Positions 31,726-43,511 of a stretch of 64,000 nucleotides of DNA are shown here, one piece after another. Within the stretch, counting starts at the first letter, position 1; each line of letters starts with the position of its first letter. The position numbers and the translations under genes were made by a program. The DNA lies in assembly GCA_050247435.1 (NCBI GenBank), contig JBFWUF010000010.1, forward strand, positions 65,824 through 129,823. Direction: 5' to 3'. The notes beneath the pieces are model-generated. The model saw nothing but the letters and a program-made list of their open reading frames with translations. It had not been told where the DNA came from and ran no database searches. The DNA is from Blastocatellales bacterium (GTDB taxonomy: Bacteria > Acidobacteriota > Blastocatellia > RBC074).

Positions 31726-32829
31726 ATGAGCTTTATACGCAGCTTTACCGAAAAAGATATTCCTTTGGTCGCAGCCCTCTTTGATAAGGTCTATCTTGCC
31801 GGCGACCCTGCCTATAACAAATCTTCCCTGCGTGACGTCGGCGCCGTGTTTAACGAGATATTCTTCCGCAACCCGTGGTACGACGAGAATATGCCTTCGC
31901 TGGTTTGTGAAGCCAGGGACGGCGCGATCGTGGGTTTTATCGGAGTCACACCCAGAAGGATGATTATGAAGGGGCGCTCGATCCTGGCCGCGGTCAGCGC
32001 TCACCTGATGCTCGATCCTGATCGCCGGGGTGAGTTGGCCGGTGTGCGGCTGCTTCAGAAATTCCTTTCCGGCCCGCAGGAGCTTTCAATTGCTGATTTC
32101 GCCAACGATACCGGGCGGAGAGTCTGGGGCGGCATTGGCGGAATGACATCTCACGTTCATAGCCTTCAGTGGGTGAAACTGCTTCGCCCAAGCGCGCGCG
32201 CGCTGTCATTGGCGTCCAGCAAATTCCGCGCATTGCCCCGCTTCTCCTCAATCACCCGACCCCTCGGGCGGATGTCAGACGCTGTGTTGGCGCGAATGGC
32301 GCCGCATCGTTTTCGCTTCTCTCCTCCGAACCTGATTGCGACGGAACTGGATGATGAAACGCTGCTCGCGTGCATTTCGCGATCATCCGGCATTTATTCG
32401 CTCTGCCCTGAATACGACAAGCCCTCTCTCTCCTGGCTGATCAGGCGGGCCGAGAAAATCAAACTTCGTGGAGAGTTGCGGAAGGCCGCGCTCCGCAACG
32501 ATTCCGGCGCCGTTGTGGGGTGGTATCTCTATTATCTGAAACCTGGCGGATCGAGCGATGTGTTGCAGATGGGATCGCGAAAGGAGTCCACCTGCGCCGT
32601 GCTCGACCATCTCTTCCACCACGCCTGGAGCAATGGCTCCGAGTCAATCACCGGTAGGTCGGAACCGCGATTGCTGCCGGCGCTTTCGGATAAGGAATGT
32701 TATCTGAATTGCGGGCCGCCCTGGGTGATGGTGCATACGTGCAATCCCGGGATATTGCGGGCGATTGATCGCGGCGACGCCTTTCTTTCGAGGCTCGAAG
32801 GTGAATGGTGCACGAGCTATCGAATTTAA
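31726..32829 (+). CDS. GNAT-family acyltransferase (long, roughly 367-aa form)
   Basis: MSFIRSFTEKDIPLVAALFDKVY...IVGFIGVTPRRMIM...ELAGVRLLQKFL fits an N-terminal GNAT fold. ATG 31726 is chosen over the track ORF start at 31621, which overlaps the carrier protein gene. Confidence 0.6.
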   Translation: MSFIRSFTEKDIPLVAALFDKVYLAGDPAYNKSSLRDVGAVFNEIFFRNPWYDENMPSLVCEARDGAIVGFIGVTPRRMIMKGRSILAAVSAHLMLDPDRRGELAGVRLLQKFLSGPQELSIADFANDTGRRVWGGIGGMTSHVHSLQWVKLLRPSARALSLASSKFRALPRFSSITRPLGRMSDAVLARMAPHRFRFSPPNLIATELDDETLLACISRSSGIYSLCPEYDKPSLSWLIRRAEKIKLRGELRKAALRNDSGAVVGWYLYYLKPGGSSDVLQMGSRKESTCAVLDHLFHHAWSNGSESITGRSEPRLLPALSDKECYLNCGPPWVMVHTCNPGILRAIDRGDAFLSRLEGEWCTSYRI

Positions 32830-32836
32830 TCAGGCG

Positions 32837-34102
32837 ATGAAAATCATAGTGCTTGACGGAAACGAGAATCAGGCGGTCGCGAGTGTGCGGTCGCTGGCGC
32901 GCGCCGGCCATCACGTCGTTGTCGGCGCGCCAACCGGCTGGTCGAAAGCCGGATGGTCGCGTTATTGCAAAGAAACCTTTGTCTATCCCGCGCCGCAACG
33001 GGACGCTTCCGCGTTCGTCGAGCGCGTCGTTCAAGAAGCGCGGCGTGAGAGGGGTACTCTGGTTATGCCGATGACTGAACGGACGACACTGCCGCTGTCG
33101 GCTGAACGTGAGCGCATCTTCGCGGCGGGCGGGCGCATGGTAATGCCCGATCACGAGACCGTGCTGTGCGCCTTTGATAAACGACGAACTACGCGGCTGG
33201 CTTCGGAGCTTGGTATAGCCATTCCCCGCACGGCGCTGATCACCGAACCCAATCAGACTGAAGAGGCTGTTCGGATTGTCGGACTTCCGGCGGTCATCAA
33301 ACCTTGCAGCTCCGAGGAGGTCACGGCTTCCGGCAAAGTTCGCGCGACCGGAGCGCCATCTTACGCGCGAACCTTCGATGAATTCGTTGCGGCCTGCGAC
33401 GAAATGCGCCAGCGATGCCGCGCGATCATCGCGCAGGAGTTCATACCCGGAGGAGGCGAGGGATATTTTGCGTTGATTCGCAATAGAGAGCCACGCGCGG
33501 AGTTTGCACACCGCCGCATCCGCGACGTGCGCCCGACAGGATCGGGCAGCGCACTCCGCGAGAGCGCTTATCCCGACGAGAATTTGAGAAATGCAGGGTT
33601 GGCCGTTCTGCGGGCGCTCAATTGGCGCGGCGTAGCAATGGTTGAGTTCCGCCGCAAACCCGACGGCGAGTTGGTTTTCCTGGAAGTCAACGGGCGATTT
33701 TGGAATTCGCTGCCACTGGCGGTCTATGCGGGCGCCGACTTCCCGGCGATGCTGGCGGAAATGGCAGAACACGGTGATGTGAAAGCCGCGCGGCCTTATC
33801 GCGAGGGCGTTCGTTGCCGCTGGCTGCTCGGAGATTTCCGGCATCTGATCGAAGTATTGCGCGGCGCGCCTCCGGGTTTTCCCGGCGCTTATCCGAACCG
33901 ATGGCGCGCGCTGGTTGACTTCCTGACTCTCACGCCAGGCGTCAGACACGACAATTTTATGTTGCGCGATCCGCTGCCTGAGCTTGGCGACTGGCTGGAT
34001 TTCGCTCTGCGACGGCTGCCGGCGGGATTGCGCAGGTCCTCTGATGAAAAAGAGGGTGAAGGAAGGGGGCTTAATGTTCAAAGGAGCGATTCATCTACAT
34101 AG
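32837..34102 (+). CDS. ATP-grasp carboxylate-amine ligase
   Basis: MKIIVLDGNENQAVASVRSLARAGHHV is the N-terminus typical of 'predicted ATP-grasp enzyme' proteins. LPAVIKPCSS, AQEFIPGGGEGYF and GVAMVEFRRKPDGELVFLEVNGRFW are also present. Confidence 0.8.
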   Translation: MKIIVLDGNENQAVASVRSLARAGHHVVVGAPTGWSKAGWSRYCKETFVYPAPQRDASAFVERVVQEARRERGTLVMPMTERTTLPLSAERERIFAAGGRMVMPDHETVLCAFDKRRTTRLASELGIAIPRTALITEPNQTEEAVRIVGLPAVIKPCSSEEVTASGKVRATGAPSYARTFDEFVAACDEMRQRCRAIIAQEFIPGGGEGYFALIRNREPRAEFAHRRIRDVRPTGSGSALRESAYPDENLRNAGLAVLRALNWRGVAMVEFRRKPDGELVFLEVNGRFWNSLPLAVYAGADFPAMLAEMAEHGDVKAARPYREGVRCRWLLGDFRHLIEVLRGAPPGFPGAYPNRWRALVDFLTLTPGVRHDNFMLRDPLPELGDWLDFALRRLPAGLRRSSDEKEGEGRGLNVQRSDSST

Positions 34103-34868
34103 CGTTTACTCCGATGGCGATTTCACGCTGGCGGAACTGCGCGAGGCATTGAGCGTCGTCGGCTGCTCTTTCGCCTGCATGACGGATCACGCTGAATATT
34201 TCGATCAACAAAAGGCGCGCGACTACATTGCCGAATGCGCGTCGTTGTCCGACGACCGCTTCCGGTTCATCCCCGGCTTCGAGTACGAATGCCGCGAGCG
34301 AATGCACGTGCTCGGCCTGGGCGTGACGGAAACAGCGGGAACACAGGATCCGCAGGAAGTTATTAAGCTCATCGCGCGCCGCGGCGGCGTTTCAATCATC
34401 GCGCATCCGAAGAATGAATTCTTCGCCTGGATTGAAACCTTCGACGAGTTGCCGAACGGGATCGAGACCTGGAATTCGAAATATGACAGCCGCTATGCGC
34501 CGCGCGTAGGCACATTCAAACTGCTCGAACGTCTACAGCGACGTAAACCTGAAATGCGCGCCTATTACGGCCTCGACCTGCACTGGCGGCATCAATACCG
34601 TGGACTGCTCAACATCGCGCAATGCCGGTCGAGGTCGCGTGAGGAGATACTGGCGGCTTTCGCGCAGGGAGATTACCAGGGCCTCAAGGATGATCTGGCG
34701 CTGCCTTCCGACGGCTGCCTGCCTGAGTCGCTGCTGGCGTCGTTCGAGGCGGCGCACGCGCGCTCCGACCGCATGCGGCAGGTGGTCAAGAAGGTGAAGC
34801 GGATAATGAGAGGCTGCGGCGTCAGTGTTCCCGCGCCGCTCAAAGCTCGGTTACGACGCATTTTTTAG
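34074..34868 (+). CDS. PHP-domain metal-dependent phosphoesterase
   Basis: MFKGAIHLHSVYSDGDFTLAEL plus CMTDHAEY and SIIAHP are PHP His/Asp motifs. RBS GAAGGAAGGGGG precedes ATG 34074. The gene overlaps the ATP-grasp gene by 29 nt. Confidence 0.8.
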   Translation: MFKGAIHLHSVYSDGDFTLAELREALSVVGCSFACMTDHAEYFDQQKARDYIAECASLSDDRFRFIPGFEYECRERMHVLGLGVTETAGTQDPQEVIKLIARRGGVSIIAHPKNEFFAWIETFDELPNGIETWNSKYDSRYAPRVGTFKLLERLQRRKPEMRAYYGLDLHWRHQYRGLLNIAQCRSRSREEILAAFAQGDYQGLKDDLALPSDGCLPESLLASFEAAHARSDRMRQVVKKVKRIMRGCGVSVPAPLKARLRRIF

Positions 34869-34905
34869 GAATGGCTCGGAAATAAACTTATCTGATGATG
34901 CCTCT

Positions 34906-34996
34906 TCACCGCAGAGACGCGGAGAACGCTGAGTTAGCGCGGAGAGTAGAGAAAACCTCTGCGAAACCTCTGCGCCACTCTGCGCCTCTGCGGTGA
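34906..34996. repeat. REP/MITE-like palindromic element, copy D (short form)
   Basis: TCACCGCAGAGACGCGGAGAACGC ... GCGCCACTCTGCGCCTCTGCGGTGA. It lies between the PHP and deacetylase genes. Confidence 0.8.
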
Positions 34997-35038
34997 ATTG
35001 ATAGAGTTGCTCTCACTCCATTCCTTAAGTGAGTTTGC

Positions 35039-35855
35039 GATGAAGAGGGCCGAAATGAATAAGCCAGAAGTGATCTCGCTGATGTACCACGACACCATTG
35101 AAAACGGCGTGAACGAATCGAGCGGTTTTCCCTGGCCTGACGCCGCGCTCTATAAACTTGACGCCGGACATTTCGATCAACACCTTCAAACTATCGCGTG
35201 TGCCGACGGGCGCCCCATTCTCATATCCGACTTGCCGTCTGTCAGCGCAAGATCGTGGATGATCACTTTCGACGATGGCGGAGTGAGCGCTTACACGCAC
35301 ATAGCCGACAGGCTGGAAGTATTGGGCTGGCGCGGTCATTTCTTCATCGCCACGGATTACATCGGCGCGGCGGGCTTTATGAATCGCGCGCAAATCCGCG
35401 AGCTTCACCGGCGCGGGCACGCCATCGGCTCACATAGTTGCTCTCACCCGTTGCGAATGGCCAGTTGTAGTTCGCGGCAAATAGAACGTGAGTGGAGTGT
35501 GAGCGCGAATCTGCTGTCTGATCTGTTGGGAGAACGGGTTGATCTGGCGTCCATCCCCGGTGGCCAATATTCGCGCCAGGTGGCCGAGGCGGCGGCGCAA
35601 GCGGGCGTCAGAGCGCTGTTCACTTCCGAACCAACAATCAAATGCGAAGAGGTTGATGGCTGTCTGACGCTGGGCCGGTACGCCATCAAACGATGGACGA
35701 CTCCGCAAACCGCCGCCGCCATCGCATCCGGGAAGATGGCGCCGCGCGCCCGACAAACGTTGTTGTGGCAAGCCAAGAAAATAACCAAAGCCTTCGTAGG
35801 CGAATACTACTTGAGACTCAGGGAGGCGATGACGAGACGCCGCACAATCCCGTAA
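35039..35855 (+). CDS. polysaccharide deacetylase (NodB homology domain, CE4)
   Basis: WMITFDDGGVS (TFDDG motif), GHFFIATDYIG and HAIGSHSCSHP are NodB motifs. The start is chosen at ATG 35039. Confidence 0.85.
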
Positions 35856-35895
35856 AACCCCGATAGTGGCCGCAGAGACGCGCCTGCAAAAGCGC

Positions 35896-35943
35896 AATGG
35901 AGCGAAACCGAGGCGGAAAAATTCCGGCTCGTCTCGCTCCATT
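35896..35943 (-). terminator. hairpin between convergent genes; likely intrinsic terminator of the 1119-aa gene
   Basis: AATGGAGCGA (35896-35905) pairs with TCGCTCCATT (35934-35943), and there is an inner CGGAA/TTCCG stem. On the - strand the hairpin is followed by GCGCTTTTGC. Confidence 0.5.
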
Positions 35944-35968
35944 GACGCTTCGACACCCGATTATTTTT

Positions 35969-39328
<3,360 letters not shown>

Positions 39329-40048
39329 TTTTACCTCAGATTTACTTTGACAGCTCTGTTTTCGGCGCGCTGGTTCCTGGCGAAAAGGCGTCAGGATAAC
39401 GAGCCTGCGCGTTGTTAAAACAGCGCGATACCCAGCAACAAGATGTTGATTTCAAAATTCCGGGGGCGCTTATAGAATCGAACCGTGAGTTATCAAGACG
39501 GTTATGAGCGCCAGCGTTTCCCGCCTACTCCTTCTATCTGGCTTTAGTAACCGAGAGATGAGAGCGGCGCTGTCCCGTTAAACTCCGTCTGACTTACAGG
39601 CTTTTTAAAGGCGACAGGCCAGTAAAATGAGGGATTGCCGATGTGTGCAGCCGCAGTCTGGCGCGCTCCGATGCGCCTGACTACTTGCGAAAACTCGCTT
39701 GATCAGGTGTGGAGTGTGACCGCCAACATTAATCAGGACACCAGCCCTGGTTAATATTGAAGCATCTAAAATGTGGGTGATTTATTAGGGTAATGAGGAA
39801 TTCAGCGATGATTTATCAAACTGTTAAAACTATAATGCTGAATAACGTGGGCCATTATACGTGTTCAAACTTGTTATGCAACCATAAATTCCAACTTTAA
39901 TTTGCGCCTATTAGTTACAGGCAATGTTACTTTCCACACGGTATTACATTCAAATGCAGCTAGTTTCTAATAACTGAAGGCCCGATGGCAATAACGCTCT
40001 AACGACGCCGATTAGGTAAATTGCTAACCCTACGCAAGGAGACATAGG

Positions 40049-41041
40049 ATGAGACTGCTCACTCGATCCGACGTTCAGCAATCCATTTCGATGCGCGAAG
40101 CCGTGGGAGTTGTTAAACGCGCATTCAGCGAACTATCCACTGGCCGCGCTGAAGTCCCTTTGCGACTCGCGCTGCCGCTGCCGAAACATGACGGCGTGAC
40201 GTTGTTCATGCCGGGCTATTTGAGCGATTCAGAATCGCTCGCGGTCAAAATAGTCTCCGTCCACAATCGGAATGCCGGGCGAAATCTGCCACGCATCAAC
40301 GCTATCGTTGTTGTTATTGATCCATCTACAGGTCAGGCGGTGGCCGTGATTGAAGGAAGTTATCTCACGGCGTTGCGAACCGGCGCGGCCAGCGGAGCGG
40401 CGACCGATCTGCTGGCCCGCAAAGACGCTGAAGTCGCGGCGATTATCGGCGCGGGCGTACAAGCCCGCGCACAGATACTGGCCGTCGCCGCAGTGCGACC
40501 GATCAAACGCTTTTGGATTTACGCCCGGCGCCGAGGAAGCGTGGACGAGATGATCGCCGAGATGCGTCCGCTGATCGGGCCGTCAATCGAGTTGCTCGCC
40601 GCCGATTCGCCGTCACAAGCTGTGCGCGAAGCGCAGGTGATATGCGCCGCCACGACTTCATTAACGCCCGTGTTTGATGGGGTAGATCTGCAACCCGGCG
40701 CGCACGTCAACGGCGTAGGCTCATACAAACCGGAAATGCAGGAAATTGATTGCGTCACGCTCAAACGGGCGGCGAAGATTGTGGTTGACTCGCGCGAAGG
40801 CGCGCTGGCCGAAGCGGGTGATATTCTGGTGGCAATCGAACGCGGCGAGATTCAACTCTCCGGCATTTACGCCGAGATTGGCGAAATCGCAGCCGGGCTG
40901 AAACCAGGGCGTGAAAATAATGACGAGATCACATACTTCAAATCGGTCGGCAATGCCGCCCAGGACGCCGCCGTCGCGCAGGCGATTTATCAACAAGCGT
41001 TGCGCGAAAACCTCGGAGTCGAAATTGACCTGTCAAAATAA
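40049..41041 (+). CDS. ornithine cyclodeaminase / mu-crystallin family protein (candidate delta1-pyrroline-2-carboxylate reductase)
   Basis: RBS AAGGAGA precedes ATG 40049. [18 protein letters not shown] and the Rossmann motif [11 protein letters not shown] are typical of the OCD family. Confidence 0.85.
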   Translation: MRLLTRSDVQQSISMREAVGVVKRAFSELSTGRAEVPLRLALPLPKHDGVTLFMPGYLSDSESLAVKIVSVHNRNAGRNLPRINAIVVVIDPSTGQAVAVIEGSYLTALRTGAASGAATDLLARKDAEVAAIIGAGVQARAQILAVAAVRPIKRFWIYARRRGSVDEMIAEMRPLIGPSIELLAADSPSQAVREAQVICAATTSLTPVFDGVDLQPGAHVNGVGSYKPEMQEIDCVTLKRAAKIVVDSREGALAEAGDILVAIERGEIQLSGIYAEIGEIAAGLKPGRENNDEITYFKSVGNAAQDAAVAQAIYQQALRENLGVEIDLSK

Positions 41042-41056
41042 ATCTGGCGAGGACAA

Positions 41057-42106
41057 ATGGCATTCAAACCACTGGCACAAGTCTCAAATTGGAAACCGTC
41101 TTCCGATTGGCGCAGCATTACAACTATTGACGCGCACACCGAAGGCGAACCGTTTCGCGTCATCACCAGCGGCTTCCCCGAACTACCGGGCGACACGATT
41201 CTGGCGCGGCGGCGATACGCAAAAGCGCATTACGACAATCTGCGGACTGCGCTGATGTGGGAACCGCGCGGACATGCCGACATGTACGGCTGCATCGTCA
41301 CGCCGCCGGTAACGTCCGAAGCCGACGCCGGCGTGCTCTTCATTCACAACGAAGGCTTCAGCACGATGTGTGGCCACGGCATCATCGGATTCGTCACCGT
41401 CGCGCTCGAAACAGGCATGTTTCCGATGACGGAGCCTGAAACGACGTTGAAGATTGACACTCCCGCTGGCCTGGTCACCGCGCACGCCAAAGTGAGCGGA
41501 GAACGTGTGAAGAGCGTTTACTTCCACAACGTGCCGTCGTTTGTTTTGGAACTTGATGCAGTTGTTGATACGCCGGGGATGGGACGAGTGTGTTACGACC
41601 TCGCGTTCGGCGGGGCGTTTTACGCTTACGTCAAAGCGGAAGATGTGGGCCTGACCTGCGAGCCCGAAGATTACCAGCGTTTGATCGAAGCAGGGATGGC
41701 GATCAAACGCGCGGTGATGGCCAACCGCGCCATCCCGCATCCGTTCGAGGAAGACCTGAGTTTTCTTTACGGCACGATCTTTATCGGCTCTGCCTCGAAC
41801 CCGAACCATCACAGCCGCAATGTATGCGTCTTCGCCGAAGGTGAAGTTGATCGTTCGCCGACAGGCACTGGTGTGAGCGGGCGTCTGGCCATTCACCACG
41901 CGCGCGGCGAAATCGGCATCAGCGAAGCGCTCACAATTGAAAGCATCATCGGGAGTAAATTCACCGGAAAGGTAGTGCGGACGGCGAGTTTCGGCCCTCA
42001 CGACGCCGTCATCCCCGAAGTCGAAGGGGCTGCGCGCATCACCGGAAGGCATGAATTCCTGATTGATCCGAACGATGAATTAAGGAATGGTTTTCTGCTG
42101 CGCTGA
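41057..42106 (+). CDS. proline racemase superfamily protein with a Cys/Thr active-site pair (trans-3-hydroxy-L-proline dehydratase-type)
   Basis: The first catalytic motif STMCGHG has Cys. The second motif reads DRSPTGTG, with Thr where racemases and epimerases have Cys. Confidence 0.8.
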   Translation: MAFKPLAQVSNWKPSSDWRSITTIDAHTEGEPFRVITSGFPELPGDTILARRRYAKAHYDNLRTALMWEPRGHADMYGCIVTPPVTSEADAGVLFIHNEGFSTMCGHGIIGFVTVALETGMFPMTEPETTLKIDTPAGLVTAHAKVSGERVKSVYFHNVPSFVLELDAVVDTPGMGRVCYDLAFGGAFYAYVKAEDVGLTCEPEDYQRLIEAGMAIKRAVMANRAIPHPFEEDLSFLYGTIFIGSASNPNHHSRNVCVFAEGEVDRSPTGTGVSGRLAIHHARGEIGISEALTIESIIGSKFTGKVVRTASFGPHDAVIPEVEGAARITGRHEFLIDPNDELRNGFLLR

Positions 42107-42859
42107 TCAGACCTGTTCTCTACGAGATTGCTCTACTTTCCATGAAGCCAACGCACATTCGAGATCGAATTCTCCACTATCGAAGCGCAGCAGTATCCTG
42201 TCTTCGCCCGCGACCCAGATGTCCGCCACAGATGATTTCGGAGTGTCCGTGGTCACTTGAAAATGCGCGGCTTTGAAGTTGCCGGCCGGAACTCCGACCT
42301 CTTCTTCACCGATCAATTTGACACGGCAAGTCTCCATCCGCCCCAGCGGCCCCTCCGCGCCATCCGAAGTCTTGTAAAAAGTCCGAAGTTGCTCACCGCC
42401 TTTCGCCCGGTCGTAATTGAAATAGATCCAGGCGTCCAACATCAACGCGCGCGTCATAATCGAAAAGAAATCCGTGGGGACACTGATGGTTTGAACCGAA
42501 TGGCCGGATGCGGCTCCATCGGTGATCACATCCATCCTGCCGGCGTGAACGCGGAAATAACCGGCGCCGGTAAGCCTGTCGGCGGCCTGCAATCGAATGA
42601 ACGCGTCTATCGGATGGCCATCCCTGCTTCGGGTGTAAATCACATCACGGACCAGCTTCGAATCGTCCGTCATCGCCAGGCACCGCATGGTCACCGTGCT
42701 GTCGCGGTTGCGGGTCAGGCTCCAGTCTTCGCGCCCGTATTCGATGCCCGTTGATTTCCTGCGGTAAGACAATCGCCCGTATTGATATTTGAGATCCAAC
42801 ATCGCGTTACGCCCAATGTTGAATTGGAGGCGGGTCGAACGAGTGAGGCAATTTGCCAA
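42107..42859 (-). CDS. hypothetical protein (beta-rich; no recognised family)
   Basis: 250-aa ORF that ends adjacent to the stop of the convergent upstream gene. An alternative start is at 42802 (MLDLKYQYG). Confidence 0.5.
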   Translation of the reverse strand: MANCLTRSTRLQFNIGRNAMLDLKYQYGRLSYRRKSTGIEYGREDWSLTRNRDSTVTMRCLAMTDDSKLVRDVIYTRSRDGHPIDAFIRLQAADRLTGAGYFRVHAGRMDVITDGAASGHSVQTISVPTDFFSIMTRALMLDAWIYFNYDRAKGGEQLRTFYKTSDGAEGPLGRMETCRVKLIGEEEVGVPAGNFKAAHFQVTTDTPKSSVADIWVAGEDRILLRFDSGEFDLECALASWKVEQSRREQV

Positions 42860-42885
42860 ATTGCCTCACTCACTATTCAACTTGA

Positions 42886-43470
42886 TCAGCGGCGCCCGCC
42901 GAGCAATCCGCCGATCATTCCCGCGACATCGTCAATCGCCGAGCCGTCGCGGTCTCTGTCCAGCACCGAAGAGAGCACGCCCAGCAACGGCGAGCCTGCG
43001 CCGGCCTGCTGAGTCGCGCCGCCGAGCAGACCGGCCAGATCGCCCGCGCCAAGACCTTCCTGTCGCTGTGTGCGTCCGAGCGCGCCCATCACAATCGGCG
43101 CAAGCATCATCAGCAGCGGCCCGACTTTGCTCATATCGAGTCCGCTGGCCTGGCTGACGCCCTGTTCAACCGTGCCCTGGTTGCCGCCGAAGATGTGGCC
43201 GAGAATGCCCGCGCCCGGCCCCGACGAATAATTGCCGAGAAACCCACCCACGTCATCGAGAATGCTCCCGTCATGATTACGATCGAGCGCGCCCAGCAAC
43301 GACGCCGCGCCCCCTTCGCTGGCGCTGTTGTTAGCCAGTCCACCGAGCAGCATCGGCAACGCGGCCTGAATCGCGTTGCTCGTCGTGCCTTCGTCAGTTC
43401 CAAGTTGCTGACTGATCTGGCTGACCGTGTTGTTGTTCAATGCTTCACTGAGTAATCCTGTCAAATTCAT
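42886..43470 (-). CDS. DUF937-family protein
   Basis: MNLTGLLSEALNNNTVSQISQQLGTDEGTTSNAIQAALPMLLGGL is the characteristic DUF937 N-terminus. Repeated DRxxDGSxxDDV segments are present. Confidence 0.7.
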   Translation of the reverse strand: MNLTGLLSEALNNNTVSQISQQLGTDEGTTSNAIQAALPMLLGGLANNSASEGGAASLLGALDRNHDGSILDDVGGFLGNYSSGPGAGILGHIFGGNQGTVEQGVSQASGLDMSKVGPLLMMLAPIVMGALGRTQRQEGLGAGDLAGLLGGATQQAGAGSPLLGVLSSVLDRDRDGSAIDDVAGMIGGLLGGRR

Positions 43471-43511
43471 GATTTGCCTCCTAAATATCAGTAGTTTTAC
43501 TTCTCAAGTGT

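Noticed and set aside
32648-34081. 477-aa - strand ORF, one of the longest in the track
   Set aside because: It is antisense to the well-supported ATP-grasp gene and the end of the GNAT gene. It is Arg/Ser/Ala/Pro-rich low complexity with no motifs, a typical shadow ORF of a GC-rich coding strand.
42886-43470. EF-hand-like calcium-binding assignment for the DUF937 protein (DRNHDGSILDDV and DRDRDGSAIDDV)
   Set aside because: The Asp-rich loops only loosely resemble EF-hand loops and the flanking helices are not evident. This is too weak to report beyond the DUF937 call.
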